Shown here: piece by piece, positions 10,540-20,267 of the stretch
How the letters are laid out: each line of letters opens with the position of its first letter
Position numbering within the stretch: position 1 is the stretch's first letter
Source of the DNA: an uncultured Candidatus Saccharibacteria bacterium
GTDB lineage: Bacteria > Patescibacteriota > Minisyncoccia > Phycocordibacterales > UBA6899
DNA length: 64,000 nucleotides
Assembly: GCA_964386905.1 (NCBI GenBank)
Contig: CAYLUP010000001.1
Span: 19,905-83,904, forward strand
Direction of reading: 5' to 3'
Made by a program: the position numbers and the translations under genes
Notes under the pieces: generated by a model
Database searches by the model: none
Seen by the model: only the letters and a program-made list of their open reading frames with translations
What the model was told of the DNA's origin: nothing

Positions 10540-10541
10540 AT

Positions 10542-10826
10542 ATGATGAAACGTGGTACACAAAAAGAGCGTCTTGTGGTGAATGTGTTGCTTTTTTGTGC
10601 ACTATTTTTTCTGCCAAGCATGTTTACATTTTTCTTAGGATTCATCGCGGCATTTCGGTACCATCGTTTTTATGAGTTTGCCGCATATGCTTTCTTTTTA
10701 GATGTGTTGTATCATTCACGCCTTGATATTGTAGGTGTTGGCTTGTTTGGGTTTGCACTCGCGATCGTAGTACTCTCTGATGTTGTATACGAGTATTTGC
10801 GCATGCATACAAAAGATACGTTGTAA
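10542..10826 (+). CDS. Small membrane protein, probable divergent MreD
   Basis: Hydrophobic 94-aa ORF between mreC and mrdA; assignment is positional. Confidence 0.55.
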   Translation: MMKRGTQKERLVVNVLLFCALFFLPSMFTFFLGFIAAFRYHRFYEFAAYAFFLDVLYHSRLDIVGVGLFGFALAIVVLSDVVYEYLRMHTKDTL

Positions 10827-10836
10827 ATTTTGCTCT

Positions 10837-12642
10837 ATGAGAAAGTTGTTTCAAAAAAGAACATTAATTCAAGAAGACATCGCTCCTGATGAAATTTTTT
10901 TGGATGATAGAAATATGCCAGGTTTCGATGTTCAACAGTTCGAAGGGAGAATCGAGAGACCAATATCGCGTTATTCAATGTATGCGCTTGGTGGTATGTT
11001 TGTTGTTATTGTCTCATTGTTTTGGTGGAAAACTGCATCATTACAGATTGCACAAGGTGATCATTATGCGTTGCAGTCTATGCGAAATAAAATTGATGAG
11101 TATTACATTTTCCCAGAACGAGGTGTTATTCGTGATCGAAATGGAACACCCTTGGCCTGGAATACCCCAAATGAAGAAGGAGAAAAGTCTGATTTTGCAA
11201 AAAGAAAATATATTGACAAGACTGGTTTTGGGCACGTCCTTGGATATCTCGGTTATCCACTCAAGGACAAGAACGGCTTATACTACCAAAAGGAGTATAC
11301 TGCGGTCAGTGGTGTAGAGTCACAGTACCACTCACTATTGTCTGGGACAATAGGGAAACATCTCGTGGAAGTTGACGCGCGTGGGCACGTTGTCTGGTCC
11401 AATACTGTCATCCCACCAACCCCGGGAAAAGACATTACACTTTCCATTGACGCAGATATCCAACATGCGCTTCATGAACAGATTGCATCTATTGCAAAAA
11501 CTGGAGATTGGAAGGGCGGTGCTGGTGCAATTATGGATATTGATACTGGGGAACTTCTCGCCCTGACATCATTCCCTGAGTTTGATTCGAATGTGATGAC
11601 GGAGCGAACGGATGTGGAGTTGATGCAAAAGTACAACAGTGATAAGCGCGCACCATTTATGAACAGAGCTGTTGCCGGCCAGTTTACACCTGGATCAATT
11701 GTAAAGCCTTTGCTTGCACTTGCAGGTCTTCAGGAAAAGCTCATCACCGAACACACAACAATTGTATCGACAGGTAAGCTCGTTATTCCAAATCCGTATT
11801 TCCCAGATAAGCCGAGTGTGTTCACTGATTGGAAGGCTCATGGTCCAATGACTGTTCGAGAGGGCATCGTATATTCTTCCAATGTATTCTTTTATGAAAT
11901 CGGGGGAGGTTTTGGTTCTCAGAAAGGGCTCGGCATACAAAAACTTGAACAGTGGTATCGGCAATTTGGGTATGGCGCACCAACAGGAATTGATTTAGAA
12001 GGTGAGGCTGAGGGTATTTTACCAAATCCAGCATGGAAAGAGCGGGTGTTTAATGGGGATCCATGGAGAGTTGGTGACACATACTTTACGAGCATCGGTC
12101 AATATGGCGTGCAGGCAACTCTCCTCCAGCCACTCGTTGCTGTGGCCGCAATTGCAAACAGTGGAACTATTCTTACTCCTCATCTCAAGCAAGGTGGTGA
12201 ATACCCAACACGAAAGCTCCCGATTCTTGAGAAACACTTTGTTCCTGTGCAGGAGGGGATGCGCGCTGCAGTGACGAAGGGAACAGCGAATGTCCTTGCA
12301 ATGAATGGTGTCCGTATTGCAGCAAAAACAGGAACCGCAGAATTGGGGGTTACAAAACGCCGTGTCAATTCATGGGTGATAGGATTTTTCCCCTTCGAAA
12401 AACCAAAGTACGCGTTTGCTTTAGTGATGGAGCATGGTGTAAAAGGAGACACAAAAAATGCCAGTTATACAATGAGACGTTTTTTTGACTGGTTAGCAGA
12501 TGAACGTCCAACAATGCTTGGTCTCAAAGAGAAAAGAGAAGAGCCAAAAGAGGAAATTGCTGGTCGCGATGAGGAAGCCGAGGCTCCAAGCCCACTTGAA
12601 TTACACGCATCAGGAACCACACCCACAGCACCTTCCAATTAG
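10837..12642 (+). CDS. mrdA: Penicillin-binding protein 2 (class B)
   Basis: PERGVIRDRNG, GSIVK (SxxK), SSN (SxN) and KTGTAE motifs; mre context. Confidence 0.93.
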   Translation: MRKLFQKRTLIQEDIAPDEIFLDDRNMPGFDVQQFEGRIERPISRYSMYALGGMFVVIVSLFWWKTASLQIAQGDHYALQSMRNKIDEYYIFPERGVIRDRNGTPLAWNTPNEEGEKSDFAKRKYIDKTGFGHVLGYLGYPLKDKNGLYYQKEYTAVSGVESQYHSLLSGTIGKHLVEVDARGHVVWSNTVIPPTPGKDITLSIDADIQHALHEQIASIAKTGDWKGGAGAIMDIDTGELLALTSFPEFDSNVMTERTDVELMQKYNSDKRAPFMNRAVAGQFTPGSIVKPLLALAGLQEKLITEHTTIVSTGKLVIPNPYFPDKPSVFTDWKAHGPMTVREGIVYSSNVFFYEIGGGFGSQKGLGIQKLEQWYRQFGYGAPTGIDLEGEAEGILPNPAWKERVFNGDPWRVGDTYFTSIGQYGVQATLLQPLVAVAAIANSGTILTPHLKQGGEYPTRKLPILEKHFVPVQEGMRAAVTKGTANVLAMNGVRIAAKTGTAELGVTKRRVNSWVIGFFPFEKPKYAFALVMEHGVKGDTKNASYTMRRFFDWLADERPTMLGLKEKREEPKEEIAGRDEEAEAPSPLELHASGTTPTAPSN

Positions 12643-12669
12643 AAGACATTTATGTTATAGTTCGCACAT

Positions 12670-13134
12670 ATGAATACTCCACAGGAATATTTGAGCAAAG
12701 AAAAACACGATGAGCTCGTAGCAGAGCTCGATCTTTTGACAAGAGTTCGTCGAAAGGAAATTGCTGAGGCCCTCGAAGCAGCAAAGGCACTTGGTGACCT
12801 TTCTGAGAATGCAGAGTACCATTCAGCCCGCGAAGCACAAGCCGCATTGGAAGAGCGTATCTCTATGCTTGAAGAGATTCTTCGTACAGCAATTGTGGTT
12901 GGTGCACATCATAAGAAAGATACAATTGATATTGGTGCACAAGTGGCAGTTACAATAGGTGGGAAGAAAACAATATACACGCTTGTCGGGTCAGAAGAGA
13001 CTGACGTCGCTTCAGGGAAAATCTCAAATCGATCACCCCTAGGTGAAGCGCTCATGGGTAAAAAGAAAGGCGATAGCATTTCTTACAAGACTCCCATTGG
13101 AGTTCAAGAGTGCACGATTGTATCATTTGAATAA
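12670..13134 (+). CDS. greA: Transcription elongation factor GreA
   Basis: GDLSENAEYHSARE and ISNRSPLGEALMGK. Confidence 0.97.
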   Translation: MNTPQEYLSKEKHDELVAELDLLTRVRRKEIAEALEAAKALGDLSENAEYHSAREAQAALEERISMLEEILRTAIVVGAHHKKDTIDIGAQVAVTIGGKKTIYTLVGSEETDVASGKISNRSPLGEALMGKKKGDSISYKTPIGVQECTIVSFE

Positions 13135-13141
13135 TTATTCC

Positions 13142-13210
13142 AGTAAGTAGTAAGTAGTAAGTAGGCTCATGTATGTTGAGTATATTACTTACTACTTTAT
13201 ACTTACTTTT
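13142..13210. repeat. Inverted heptamer repeat tract
   Basis: (AGTAAGT)x3 followed by complementary ACTTACT units between greA and lysS. Confidence 0.7.
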
Positions 13211-13218
13211 ATTTTATT

Positions 13219-14682
13219 ATGGCTTCATTAGAAGAAATCCGCTCCGAGCGAATCAAAAAGCACGATGCTCTTCGAGCAAGAGGTGTGAACCCATACCCAT
13301 CTCGTGTACCACGAACGCATGCGCTTCGCGTTGTGCGTGAACAGTTTGTCTCGCTTGAAAAAGAATCGCATGTAATTTCTTGTGTTGGGCGCGTGATGGC
13401 AATCCGCGGTCAGGGAGCGATTCAGTTTATTGTATTAAATGATGGGACTGCTGAGTTGCAGGCCGTGCTTAAGCGTGACGAAATTGGGGAAGAGCAGATG
13501 GGGTTTTTTGGCGAGGTTGTTGATATGGGGGACTTTGTTTCTGTCACAGGAGTTCCATTTACGACTCAGCGTGGAGAGATGAGTATTCTCGTTCAGTCGT
13601 GGGTTATGGCCTCAAAATCCTTATTGCCTCTCCCTGATAAATGGGCTGGTCTTCAAGATGAGGAAGAGAAGATGCGCAAGCGCTATCTCGATATCCTGAC
13701 GAATCCGGATTTGAAAGAGTTGTTTATTAAGAAGGCAAAGTTCTGGCAGGCGATGCGAACCTTCTTGATGCAAGAAGGATTTCTTGAAGTTGAAACTCCT
13801 GTTCTTGAAGTGACGACAGGCGGTGCTGATGCACGTCCATTTGCCTCACATCATTGGGCTCTCGATATTCCCGTATTTAATCGTATTTCTTGCGGTGAGC
13901 TTTGGCAAAAGCGCCTTATGGTTGCTGGATATCCTAAAACATTCGAGATTGGACGTATATTTCGCAATGAAGGAATGAGTCCTGAGCACGCACAAGACTA
14001 CACGCAAATGGAGTGCTATGCTGCGTGGGAAAATTTTGAAGAAGGGATGGATTTTGTTGAGCGGCTGTATAAATATGTCGCATTTGAGGCATTTGGTAAA
14101 ACAGAATTTGAAATTCGAGGTTTTCATATCGACCTTGGAAAGAAGTGGGAGCGATATGACTACGCAGAGAAGATCAAAGAGATGACTGGTATTGATATCA
14201 CTTCAGCAACCCAGAAAGAACTTGACGCAAAGCTTCATGAACTAAAAATAAAGTTTGATCCAAAAGGTTGGAATCGCATGCGCGCGATAGATAACTTGTG
14301 GAAATGGTGTCGTAAGCAGATTGCCGGGCCAGGATTTCTTATTAACGCTCCTGTTGAGATGGCACCGCTGGCGAAGGTGGCAAAAGATGGTAAGACTGTC
14401 GAGATGTACCAGCCAATTATTGCGGGTTCTGAAGTGGGAAGGGGATACAGTGAGTTAAACGATCCGCTTGACCAAAGACGTCGTTTTGAAGAACAGCAAG
14501 CCATGCGTGATGCCGGAGACGAAGAAGCACAGATGGCAGATTGGGAATTTGTTGAAGCGCTTGAGCATGGAATGCCGCCAACGTCAGGATTTGGTGTGTC
14601 AGAAAGACTGTTTTCGTTCTTGGCAAATATGCCTATTCGAGAAGCACAACTTTTCCCACTCGTAAAACCCAAAGGGGAATAA
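13219..14682 (+). CDS. lysS: Lysyl-tRNA synthetase class II
   Basis: OB-fold N-terminus; RKRYLD, GRIFRNEG, YSELNDP and GMPPTSGFG motifs. Confidence 0.98.
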   Translation: MASLEEIRSERIKKHDALRARGVNPYPSRVPRTHALRVVREQFVSLEKESHVISCVGRVMAIRGQGAIQFIVLNDGTAELQAVLKRDEIGEEQMGFFGEVVDMGDFVSVTGVPFTTQRGEMSILVQSWVMASKSLLPLPDKWAGLQDEEEKMRKRYLDILTNPDLKELFIKKAKFWQAMRTFLMQEGFLEVETPVLEVTTGGADARPFASHHWALDIPVFNRISCGELWQKRLMVAGYPKTFEIGRIFRNEGMSPEHAQDYTQMECYAAWENFEEGMDFVERLYKYVAFEAFGKTEFEIRGFHIDLGKKWERYDYAEKIKEMTGIDITSATQKELDAKLHELKIKFDPKGWNRMRAIDNLWKWCRKQIAGPGFLINAPVEMAPLAKVAKDGKTVEMYQPIIAGSEVGRGYSELNDPLDQRRRFEEQQAMRDAGDEEAQMADWEFVEALEHGMPPTSGFGVSERLFSFLANMPIREAQLFPLVKPKGE

Positions 14683-14887
14683 AAACACGCGAAGGCGTGT
14701 TTTTGTTATTGTGCTTTGCTTCGAGCTTTACTGGCCATCCGAGCATAAAAGATTCCCAGGAAGGGGAGTTTTTTGATGAAGACAATATTACTCACGACTA
14801 AAGACTCATACCTCATGACTGATACGGGAAATTATTTCGCGACGTTATTTTCATGGCCAAATATGGCCGTCATACGGAAGTGGGGCA

Positions 14888-14957
14888 TGTGGATAACTTT
14901 TTTGTTGCATAATGGGGGAGAGTGGGATAAAATGGGAACATGTGGGAGAAAGTGGGA
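14888..14957 (+). promoter_or_regulatory. dcw promoter with MraZ-type operator repeats and an upstream DnaA box
   Basis: TTGCAT (14905)-17-TAAAAT (14928); TGGG at 14913, 14923, 14933, 14943 and 14953 (10-bp period); TGTGGATAA at 14888. Confidence 0.8.
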
Positions 14958-15257
14958 AGCCTGAGGAACAAATCATCAGCCACACTGCATGTCGCACGGA
15001 TAAAACGATATCGAAAGGTATGTGGGTACCGATCGATGTCGTCCGAGCGACACCTTGGTGTTGGTGTGTCATCTGCTGGTGTATGACACATCAACATCAG
15101 GGTGCCGCTTCGACAATTATTTTTCGCGCCTCTTCCGCTGTTTCGATATACAACTCACTCGATGTACTCCGAGTACATCTCGCTAGAGTTTGTATATCTC
15201 CAACAGCGGAATATGCATCGAAAAAGAATTGCCGATTACGCAATCCAATATTCAATT

Positions 15258-15692
15258 ATGTTTATCGGTGAATACACACATACGATAGATGAAAAGAAAC
15301 GCCTTTCTGTCCCGGCGAAGTTTCGAAAGGAGCTCGGAGAGAAGGCGGTTATTACATATGGTCTCAACAAGGCACTGACTCTCTATCCACTAGAAGAGTG
15401 GGAAACGTATGCAAATAAGCTTGCTGGACTTTCGGTGGGAAATCCGGAAGAACGTGCATATGCACGTACAATGCTTTCTGGAGCGTTTGAGGTGGAGCTC
15501 GACAAATCTGGGCGCATTCTCCTTCCACAGCAATTGACGCAGTACGCACAGATAGATGCGCGTGTCGTATTTACAGGAATGCACAAATACGTCGAATTGT
15601 GGGATGAGGCAACATGGAACGCATACCGTACATCTATTGTTCCGCAAGCAGATAGTTTGGCAGAATCACTCGGTTCACGAGGGGCAATCTAA
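15258..15692 (+). CDS. mraZ: Division/cell wall cluster repressor MraZ
   Basis: MFIGEYTHTIDEKKRLSVPAKFR and ELDKSGRILLP. Confidence 0.97.
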   Translation: MFIGEYTHTIDEKKRLSVPAKFRKELGEKAVITYGLNKALTLYPLEEWETYANKLAGLSVGNPEERAYARTMLSGAFEVELDKSGRILLPQQLTQYAQIDARVVFTGMHKYVELWDEATWNAYRTSIVPQADSLAESLGSRGAI

Positions 15693-15697
15693 GATAT

Positions 15698-16603
15698 ATG
15701 GATGAACCATTGACGCACGTGAGCGTGCTTTATCAAGAGTGCCTTGATGCATTGCAGTTACTCCCCGGGAAAACAATCGTTGACGGGACGTTCGGCGCAG
15801 GGGGTCATAGTAAAGGTATTGCATTAAAGATTGGGAAGACTGGAACACTTCTTTCGTTTGACCAAGACAAGACGGTCTTTGAAAAACCAGTCGCAGAAGA
15901 AATTCATTCGCTTACACATTTCATTCCTGTCGTTTCGAATTTTCGTTATGCAGATATACATGTAAGAGCTGCGGGCATAGAGAAAATTGATGGTGCGCTC
16001 CTTGACTTGGGGCTGTCGAGCACGCAGCTCGAACATTCAGAACGAGGTTTCAGTTTCAAACGAGACGAACCATTGTTTATGACGTTTTCTGCAGAGCCAG
16101 AACATGCCGATGTAACCGCAGAGACTGTCGTGAATGAATGGCAAGAAGAGGTGATTGCAAATGTCTTGTATGGTTTTGCAGAAGAAAAATTTTCTCGCCG
16201 AATAGCGCGAGCAATCATTGATGAAAGACAAAAGAAGCGCATACGAACAACAGGAGAGCTTGTAGATATTATCCAGCGTGCAACACCAGGATGGTATCAC
16301 CATGGTAAAACGCATTTTGCAACTCGCACGTTCCAGGCACTTCGTATGGCAGTTAACGATGAGCTCGGAAGTATTGAGGACGGCGTGTCTGGTCTTCTTG
16401 CGCTTTCGCATCCTGGAACCCGCATTGCTATCATCACCTTTCATTCAGTTGAAGATCGACTTGTTAAACATCTCTTTCGCAATTTAATCGATGGTCAAAA
16501 AGCATCTCTTGTATACAAGAAACCCCAGGCAGCTTCAGATGAAGAGTTGCGCAAGAACCCTCGATCTCGAAGTGCAAAATTACGAGTTATTGAAATTTTA
16601 TGA
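15698..16603 (+). CDS. rsmH: 16S rRNA m4C1402 methyltransferase
   Basis: DGTFGAGGHS, DLGLSS, RGFSF, TRTFQALRMAVN and NPRSRSAKLR. Confidence 0.98.
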   Translation: MDEPLTHVSVLYQECLDALQLLPGKTIVDGTFGAGGHSKGIALKIGKTGTLLSFDQDKTVFEKPVAEEIHSLTHFIPVVSNFRYADIHVRAAGIEKIDGALLDLGLSSTQLEHSERGFSFKRDEPLFMTFSAEPEHADVTAETVVNEWQEEVIANVLYGFAEEKFSRRIARAIIDERQKKRIRTTGELVDIIQRATPGWYHHGKTHFATRTFQALRMAVNDELGSIEDGVSGLLALSHPGTRIAIITFHSVEDRLVKHLFRNLIDGQKASLVYKKPQAASDEELRKNPRSRSAKLRVIEIL

Positions 16604-16719
16604 GAATACCTATCACCGTACAACATACTATTCGCCCTGTCATTCGTATCTGGAATCGCACAAGCGGTAAGCCTAGGAAGCGATCGTTCTTTGCACGCAT
16701 TGTAAGGGTTTTTGCATAA
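16600..16719 (+). CDS. Unannotated 39-aa basic small protein
   Basis: MRIPITVQHTIRPVIRIWNRTSGKPRKRSFFARIVRVFA; ATGA overlap with the rsmH stop; ends 2 nt before the next ATG. Confidence 0.55.
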   Translation: MRIPITVQHTIRPVIRIWNRTSGKPRKRSFFARIVRVFA

Positions 16720-16721
16720 AT

Positions 16722-17078
16722 ATGAAACAATATTTTCGTACACAACTGAATACGTTGACATACCATTTTGAGCAAAAAGCACAAACACTTTTTATTGTTT
16801 TTGCTTGTGTGTTCGCAACAAGTTTCATTACGTATATGTTTTTCGTTGTATCTTCATTGTCGTCGGGATTTTCATATCAACATATTCGAAAGGATATCCG
16901 CTCGGCAGAAACTCGTATTGCACAGCTTGAAGCGGATCGGATCATGAATATGAAAGCGGTAGATCTTTCTCTGGCCAAGGAACACGGTTATCAAGACATT
17001 GTTCCATCCCGATACATATCACAAAAAGATACTCGAGAGCGATTTTCACTTCGAACTGGTAAAGTCCATGAAGAATGA
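16722..17078 (+). CDS. ftsL: Probable cell division protein FtsL
   Basis: Single TM plus coiled coil, ending LAKEHGY; lies between rsmH and ftsI. Confidence 0.7.
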   Translation: MKQYFRTQLNTLTYHFEQKAQTLFIVFACVFATSFITYMFFVVSSLSSGFSYQHIRKDIRSAETRIAQLEADRIMNMKAVDLSLAKEHGYQDIVPSRYISQKDTRERFSLRTGKVHEE

Positions 17079-18900
17079 GCGGAGATATAAAATAAGTATT
17101 TTGAGTATAGGCGTCCTACTCGTAGGGCTTCTTTTTGTTGCACGTTTGTACAACATTCAAATTCAACATGGCTCGTACTATCGCGCTGAGGCAGAAAAGC
17201 AGTATGTTTCTACGTCAGGAAATATGTACGAACGCGGTAAAATATATATGCGGAAAAAGGATGGTGCTCGTATCGAGGCTGCAAATATTGCGCAAGGGTG
17301 GATGTTGACTGTGAATCCAAAAAGCATACAAGATCCAGAAGATGTCGCTATGCGTATTGCCGCAGTTTATCCAGAGTTTGACGTACGTCTTTTTCTTGAA
17401 AAAATTGCACAGAGTGATGTACGTTATATGGAGATCGCTCATCGTATACCAGACAGCATCGGAATGAAAATATCACAACTAAAAATTGAGGGAGTTCAAC
17501 TCTATCGTGAATCATGGAGAACCTATCCAGGTGGTGATGTTGGCGGGCAAGTTATTGGATTTGTGGGATACAAAGGAGAATCATTTGCAGGACAGTATGG
17601 TATCGAGCGATACTACAATGAGGCACTTACCAGAAATGAAGAAAATGTGAAGGTAAATTACTTTGCAGAGCTTTTTGGTAGTCTTAAAAATGTGATTTAC
17701 GATAGAAAGGAGGCTGAGCGGGGTGATATCGTATTAACGATTGAACCGAATGTTCAAGCACAGCTCGAACAGACCCTGAGTCGCATGCGAGAGGAATTTG
17801 CTGCAGACCAAGTCGGAGGAATTGTGATGGACGTACAAGATGGTTCCATCTATGCCATGGCAGCAGCGCCTACATTCAATCTGAATGAGTACGGGAAAGT
17901 CTCTGACATTTCTGTTTTTAGGAATCCACTTGTTGAAGATGTGTTTGAGATGGGATCTATTGTTAAGCCGCTTACCGTTGCCGCTGCGTTGGATTTGGGG
18001 ATCATTACGTCTGAATCTGTGTATAACGACGTTGGGACGATGACACTCAATGGAAAGACATTTAGTAATTATGATGGCAGGGCACGTGGTCCAGGCACTC
18101 CTGTCCAGAAGATACTCAATCAGTCATTGAATACTGGTGTGGCCTGGTTGACGTTGAAGATGGGTCGTGAGGCATTTGCTGACTATTTTTTGAATAAGTT
18201 CCAACTTGGACAGGAAACGGGAATTGATTTGCCGGGGGAGGCGAGCGGTCTTATGAGTACACTTTCTGCAAAGAGAGATCTTGAATACTGCACTGCGTCA
18301 TTTGGTCAGGGGTTTGCTGTTTCTCCGATAAACATTACCACAGCGCTTGCATCGCTAGGAAATGGTGGTCGTCTTGTTACTCCACACGTTGTACATGAGA
18401 TTTTGTATAAAGATGGAACGGCTCGCACAATTGTACCACCTGAGCCACTGTCAGTACTGAAACCTGAAACCTCGAATGAAATTTCACGTATGCTTGCAAC
18501 TGTTGTTGACGAGGCATTGCTTGGTGGGAAAGTGAAAATTCCTGAATACTCAGTTGCAGCAAAAACTGGAACAGCTCAGATGGCACGTTCAGATGGACGC
18601 GGATACGAAAAGGATAAGTATCTTCATACATTTTTTGCATACGCACCAGCATACGAGCCGCGGTTTATTGTCTTCATGATGAATAAAAATCCAAAGGGAG
18701 CGGAATACGCTTCTCAGTCCATTGGAAAGCCCGCTATGGAGCTTGTGCGTTTTTTGCTAAACTATTATGGTGTGAATCCTGATCGGGCGCAGGGACTCAA
18801 ACGCCCATTAATCCAGAAACAAGAACCGATACTGCATCAGGAGGCTCTCCCTCTTACTGCAACGCCTACACTACCTCTTCAGGCAGCAACGAATACATAA
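17068..18900 (+). CDS. ftsI: Division PBP (PBP3/FtsI, class B)
   Basis: ERGKIY, GSIVK, SLN and KTGTAQ motifs; dcw context. Confidence 0.92.
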   Translation: MKNERRYKISILSIGVLLVGLLFVARLYNIQIQHGSYYRAEAEKQYVSTSGNMYERGKIYMRKKDGARIEAANIAQGWMLTVNPKSIQDPEDVAMRIAAVYPEFDVRLFLEKIAQSDVRYMEIAHRIPDSIGMKISQLKIEGVQLYRESWRTYPGGDVGGQVIGFVGYKGESFAGQYGIERYYNEALTRNEENVKVNYFAELFGSLKNVIYDRKEAERGDIVLTIEPNVQAQLEQTLSRMREEFAADQVGGIVMDVQDGSIYAMAAAPTFNLNEYGKVSDISVFRNPLVEDVFEMGSIVKPLTVAAALDLGIITSESVYNDVGTMTLNGKTFSNYDGRARGPGTPVQKILNQSLNTGVAWLTLKMGREAFADYFLNKFQLGQETGIDLPGEASGLMSTLSAKRDLEYCTASFGQGFAVSPINITTALASLGNGGRLVTPHVVHEILYKDGTARTIVPPEPLSVLKPETSNEISRMLATVVDEALLGGKVKIPEYSVAAKTGTAQMARSDGRGYEKDKYLHTFFAYAPAYEPRFIVFMMNKNPKGAEYASQSIGKPAMELVRFLLNYYGVNPDRAQGLKRPLIQKQEPILHQEALPLTATPTLPLQAATNT

Positions 18901-18903
18901 ATT

Positions 18904-20223
18904 ATGAAAAAATTTTACAAACACATTCTAATCTCGTTAATGACGCATTTTGCTCAGGTGGCACTTTCTCGTCATCGGCCTTATGTTATTGGTATAACAG
19001 GAAGTGTTGGAAAGACGACAACAAAGGACGCTGTTGCGCATGTGCTGTCTCATTCTTTTGCTGTTCGGAAAAGCGAGAAGAGCTTTAATAGTGAGATTGG
19101 TATTCCACTTGCAATACTCGGGCTCCCAAATGAATGGAAAAGTTTTTCTGGATGGTTAAGAAATATATTTTCAGCGTATCGCGAGGCATATCACGCAGCA
19201 TCGTTCCCGGATGTGCTTGTGTTGGAGATTGGAGCAGATAAGCCCGGTGATATTGAGCGTGCTGTTGCGTGGATAAAACCATACATGGGTGTATTGACAC
19301 GTCTTCCTGATACACCTGTGCATGTCGAGCATTTTGCTTCACCGGAGCTCGTTCGTGTAGAGAAGGCAAAACTTGTTCATGCATTACCACAGGATGGAAC
19401 ATTCGTGGCAAATATTGATGATGAGAGGATTCGAATCCTTGCCGAACAGGTCCCTGTGCACGTTATGGAATATGGCTTTCATGCACATGCGGCTGTTCGC
19501 GGAGGGCAGATTCGTGTTGTTTATGAACATGTTGACGGTGTGCAGAAGCCCGTTGGAATGTCCATGGGAGTAAGCTATGCTGGGGAAACAGCAGAGGTGC
19601 ATATCAATGGGGTGCTTGGGGAGCACATTATGAGTGCTGCGCTTGCAGCTGTCAGTGTTGCACTTGCGAAAGGAATTCCACTTCGTGATTCCTGTGCACT
19701 TCTTGCATCATGGGAGACGGCGCCAGGACGTATGCGGATTATCCCTGGCGTTGAGGGTTCTGTTCTTATTGACGATAGTTATAATGCTTCTCCTGTAGCC
19801 ATGCATGCAGCACTTGATGTTCTGCAGTCTTTAACGGCTAATCATCGCATTGCAGTATTGGGGGACATGTTGGAACTTGGACAATATAGTGAAGAAGAGC
19901 ACAGAAGAGTGGGCGAGCACGTTGCACAGTTTGCTGATGCTCTTGTTGTTGTTGGAAGACGAGCGCGTTGGATTGCGGAAGCTGCTATCTCGGCTGGAAT
20001 GAGCAAGGAGCGAGTACAGATGTTTACGAATTCTGTCGAGGCTGGGGAGGCACTTTCAAAGATTGTTGGACTCGGGGACCTTATCCTCATTAAGGGATCA
20101 CAGGGAAGTGGTGAAAATATGATTCGAATGGAACGCGCAACAAAACAGTTGATGAAGTGCACTGATGATGCAAAAAAAATGCTTGTTCGACAAGATGATG
20201 AATGGCAAAAACAATATATATAA
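18904..20223 (+). CDS. murF: UDP-MurNAc-tripeptide:D-Ala-D-Ala ligase
   Basis: GITGSVGKTTTKD, NSEIGIP, DDSYNASP, LGDMLELG and IKGS motifs. Confidence 0.95.
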   Translation: MKKFYKHILISLMTHFAQVALSRHRPYVIGITGSVGKTTTKDAVAHVLSHSFAVRKSEKSFNSEIGIPLAILGLPNEWKSFSGWLRNIFSAYREAYHAASFPDVLVLEIGADKPGDIERAVAWIKPYMGVLTRLPDTPVHVEHFASPELVRVEKAKLVHALPQDGTFVANIDDERIRILAEQVPVHVMEYGFHAHAAVRGGQIRVVYEHVDGVQKPVGMSMGVSYAGETAEVHINGVLGEHIMSAALAAVSVALAKGIPLRDSCALLASWETAPGRMRIIPGVEGSVLIDDSYNASPVAMHAALDVLQSLTANHRIAVLGDMLELGQYSEEEHRRVGEHVAQFADALVVVGRRARWIAEAAISAGMSKERVQMFTNSVEAGEALSKIVGLGDLILIKGSQGSGENMIRMERATKQLMKCTDDAKKMLVRQDDEWQKQYI

Positions 20224-20267
20224 AACCGCATATCCTGTGCGGTTTTTTTATGGTATACTTGTAGGCT

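Noticed and set aside
14706-14820. 36-aa minus-strand ORF MRYESL... ending at the lysS terminator
   Set aside because: No clear SD or promoter and no recognisable motif.
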